Assembly: GCF_000012465.1 (NCBI RefSeq) | Contig: NC_007335.2 | Coordinates: 1,440,001-1,472,000, forward strand | DNA length: 32,000 nucleotides | Source of the DNA: Prochlorococcus marinus str. NATL2A | Lineage (GTDB): Bacteria > Cyanobacteriota > Cyanobacteriia > PCC-6307 > Cyanobiaceae | Direction of reading: 5' to 3' | Position numbers and translations under genes: made by a program | Part shown: positions 30,481 through 32,000 of the stretch, one piece after another | Layout: each line of letters begins with the position of its first letter | How positions within the stretch are numbered: position 1 is the first letter of the stretch | The notes under the pieces: generated by a model | Database searches by the model: none | Told to the model about the DNA's origin: nothing | What the model saw: the letters and a program-made list of their open reading frames with translations, nothing else

Positions 30481-32000
30481 AATTAGCTCTGGCCCAACTA
30501 AATCCAGTTATTGGAGATCTCGATGGTAATTCCAAGAAAATATTTGAAATATGCGAAGAGATCAAAGACAAGGATGTGGATCTAGTAATAACACCAGAGC
30601 TTTCTTTAATCGGCTACCCTCCAAAAGACTTATTATTTAATCCAAGACTTTTTGAAGAAGAAAAAGATGTCCTAAATAAATTAAGCAAAAGATTAAGTAA
30701 TCTTAGTCAAAACTTATCTGTATTAATTGGTATTGCAGAACCAACTCCAGATATAGAAATTCCTAAACTCTACAATTCAGTTGTGCTTTTAGAAAAAGGT
30801 ACCTGGAGAATCGTAGCCAGGAAGCAACTCCTACCTACTTACGATGTATTTGATGAAAAACGTTATTTTCGTTCCGCAGAGAATAGTAGTATTTTAAGTT
30901 TTAATTTTCAAAAAAAACTTTGGAAGATAGGAATCACTATCTGTGAAGACATATGGGTTGAGCAAAATCTACAAAATGAAAAGATCCTAGGGAAAGATCC
31001 TTTAAAACTCTTAGAAAACGAAAAATTAGATTTGCTTATCAATCTTTCAGCTTCTCCATTTATTGAATCGAAAAGTTTAATACGTCAACGCATAGCAGCC
31101 AAGGCAGCCATACGTCTTTCATGCCCGGTGATCTATGTCAATCAAGTAGGAGGGAATGATGAATTGATCTTTGACGGATCTAGTTTTGCGCTTAATAAAG
31201 AAGGCGAGTTAAAACAAGAACTTCCTAGTTTTAAAGAGTCAGTTGGTCTTTGTGATATATCTTCCCTCAAGCAACAAGCTTCGATATTAAGTAAATATCC
31301 AACATCACAAGAAGTCATTTTCAGGGCTCTAGTGCTTGGAGTTAAAGATTATGCAAGAAAATGTAATTTCCACAGTGCCGTTATCGGATTAAGTGGGGGT
31401 ATTGACTCAGCCCTAGTAGCAACTATTGCAGTAGCAGCTTTAGGTATCTCTAAAGTTCATGCGATTTTAATGCCTTCTCCATGGAGTTCAGCGGGGTCCG
31501 TAAAAGATGCAACCACATTAGCTAATCGACTGGGAATAAATCATCAAAAGATTCCGATCTCAGATGTAATGAATAGTTTTAACGATATTTTATCCAATTC
31601 AATATGGGGAATGCCAACCGGTATCACAGCTGAGAATCTACAATCTCGCATTAGGGGAACAATATTGATGGCCATAGCAAATCAAAAAAAACATTTACTT
31701 CTATCAACAGGAAACAAGTCAGAACTTGCCGTAGGATATTGCACACTTTACGGAGACATGAATGGGGGCTTGTCTGTAATTGGAGATCTTTATAAGACAA
31801 GTGTATTTGATCTATGTGATTGGATAGATAGTGAATCGTCATCAAGTTGTAGAAATGATTTTTCTCTCCCTGAAAAAGGAGAAATTATAAGCTCTGAGAT
31901 AAGAGACAAGCCTCCAAGCGCTGAATTACGGCCAGAACAATTAGATAGCGACTCTTTGCCTGAGTATTCCATTCTTGATCAAATACTAAAAGGATTAATT
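30477..32000 (+). CDS. nadE: glutamine-dependent NAD+ synthetase (CN-hydrolase plus NAD synthase domains), 3' end outside window
   Basis: Not in the ORF track because there is no stop inside the window. ATG at 30477 overlaps the nadD TGA. Translation gives MKLALAQLNPVIGDL...ITPELSLIGYPPKDLL...ICEDIW...GLSGGIDSALVA (SGGxDS P-loop). The frame is open for all 508 codons to base 32000. Confidence 0.92.
   Translation, partial: MKLALAQLNPVIGDLDGNSKKIFEICEEIKDKDVDLVITPELSLIGYPPKDLLFNPRLFEEEKDVLNKLSKRLSNLSQNLSVLIGIAEPTPDIEIPKLYNSVVLLEKGTWRIVARKQLLPTYDVFDEKRYFRSAENSSILSFNFQKKLWKIGITICEDIWVEQNLQNEKILGKDPLKLLENEKLDLLINLSASPFIESKSLIRQRIAAKAAIRLSCPVIYVNQVGGNDELIFDGSSFALNKEGELKQELPSFKESVGLCDISSLKQQASILSKYPTSQEVIFRALVLGVKDYARKCNFHSAVIGLSGGIDSALVATIAVAALGISKVHAILMPSPWSSAGSVKDATTLANRLGINHQKIPISDVMNSFNDILSNSIWGMPTGITAENLQSRIRGTILMAIANQKKHLLLSTGNKSELAVGYCTLYGDMNGGLSVIGDLYKTSVFDLCDWIDSESSSSCRNDFSLPEKGEIISSEIRDKPPSAELRPEQLDSDSLPEYSILDQILKGLI

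Noticed and set aside
30141-31972. Minus-strand ORFs 30141..30338, 31651..31845 and 31790..31972
   Set aside because: They are antisense to nadD and to the nadE frame, which is open to the window end.

Overview
Low-GC (about one third G+C by eye) chromosome segment of a marine picocyanobacterium. Gene content and protein sequences look like Prochlorococcus: tandem hli genes, PSRP-3/Ycf65, DUF2811, DUF1818-rpoZ, groESL, atpDC, and a truncated Hsp70. I cannot verify the strain. From 15.1 to 32 kb the window is ordinary conserved core: EVE-domain gene, rpoZ, Hsp70-like, gpmI-secG, groES-groEL, atpD-atpC, PSRP-3, pepP, and a translationally coupled CNNM / GTPase / nadD / nadE string. The one exception is a heavily decayed pyrR pseudogene at 18.5-19.1 kb. 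From 0 to 15.1 kb the window is a mosaic accessory region: two hli genes, many tiny membrane-protein ORFs, and one core-like ABC-F ATPase. It also holds a roughly 6.8 kb segment (8.2-15.1 kb) bounded by diverged partial copies of the promoter and first 13 codons of the EVE gene, like att remnants of site-specific integration. That segment carries a C-terminal fragment of a T7-type single-subunit RNA polymerase, a proline-iminopeptidase fragment, and an intact three-gene operon (TPR-GT9 glycosyltransferase, SAM methyltransferase, small coiled-coil protein). This operon is the best candidate for an uncharacterised modification system. Separately, an unannotated GC-rich element at 4.13-4.27 kb (minus strand) looks like a glutamine-II (Downstream-peptide) riboswitch. 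It has a near-consensus promoter and sits before a 33-aa SD-led ORF. I recognised no rRNA, tRNA, CRISPR array, integrase or transposase. All family assignments are from motif recognition by eye, not database searches.
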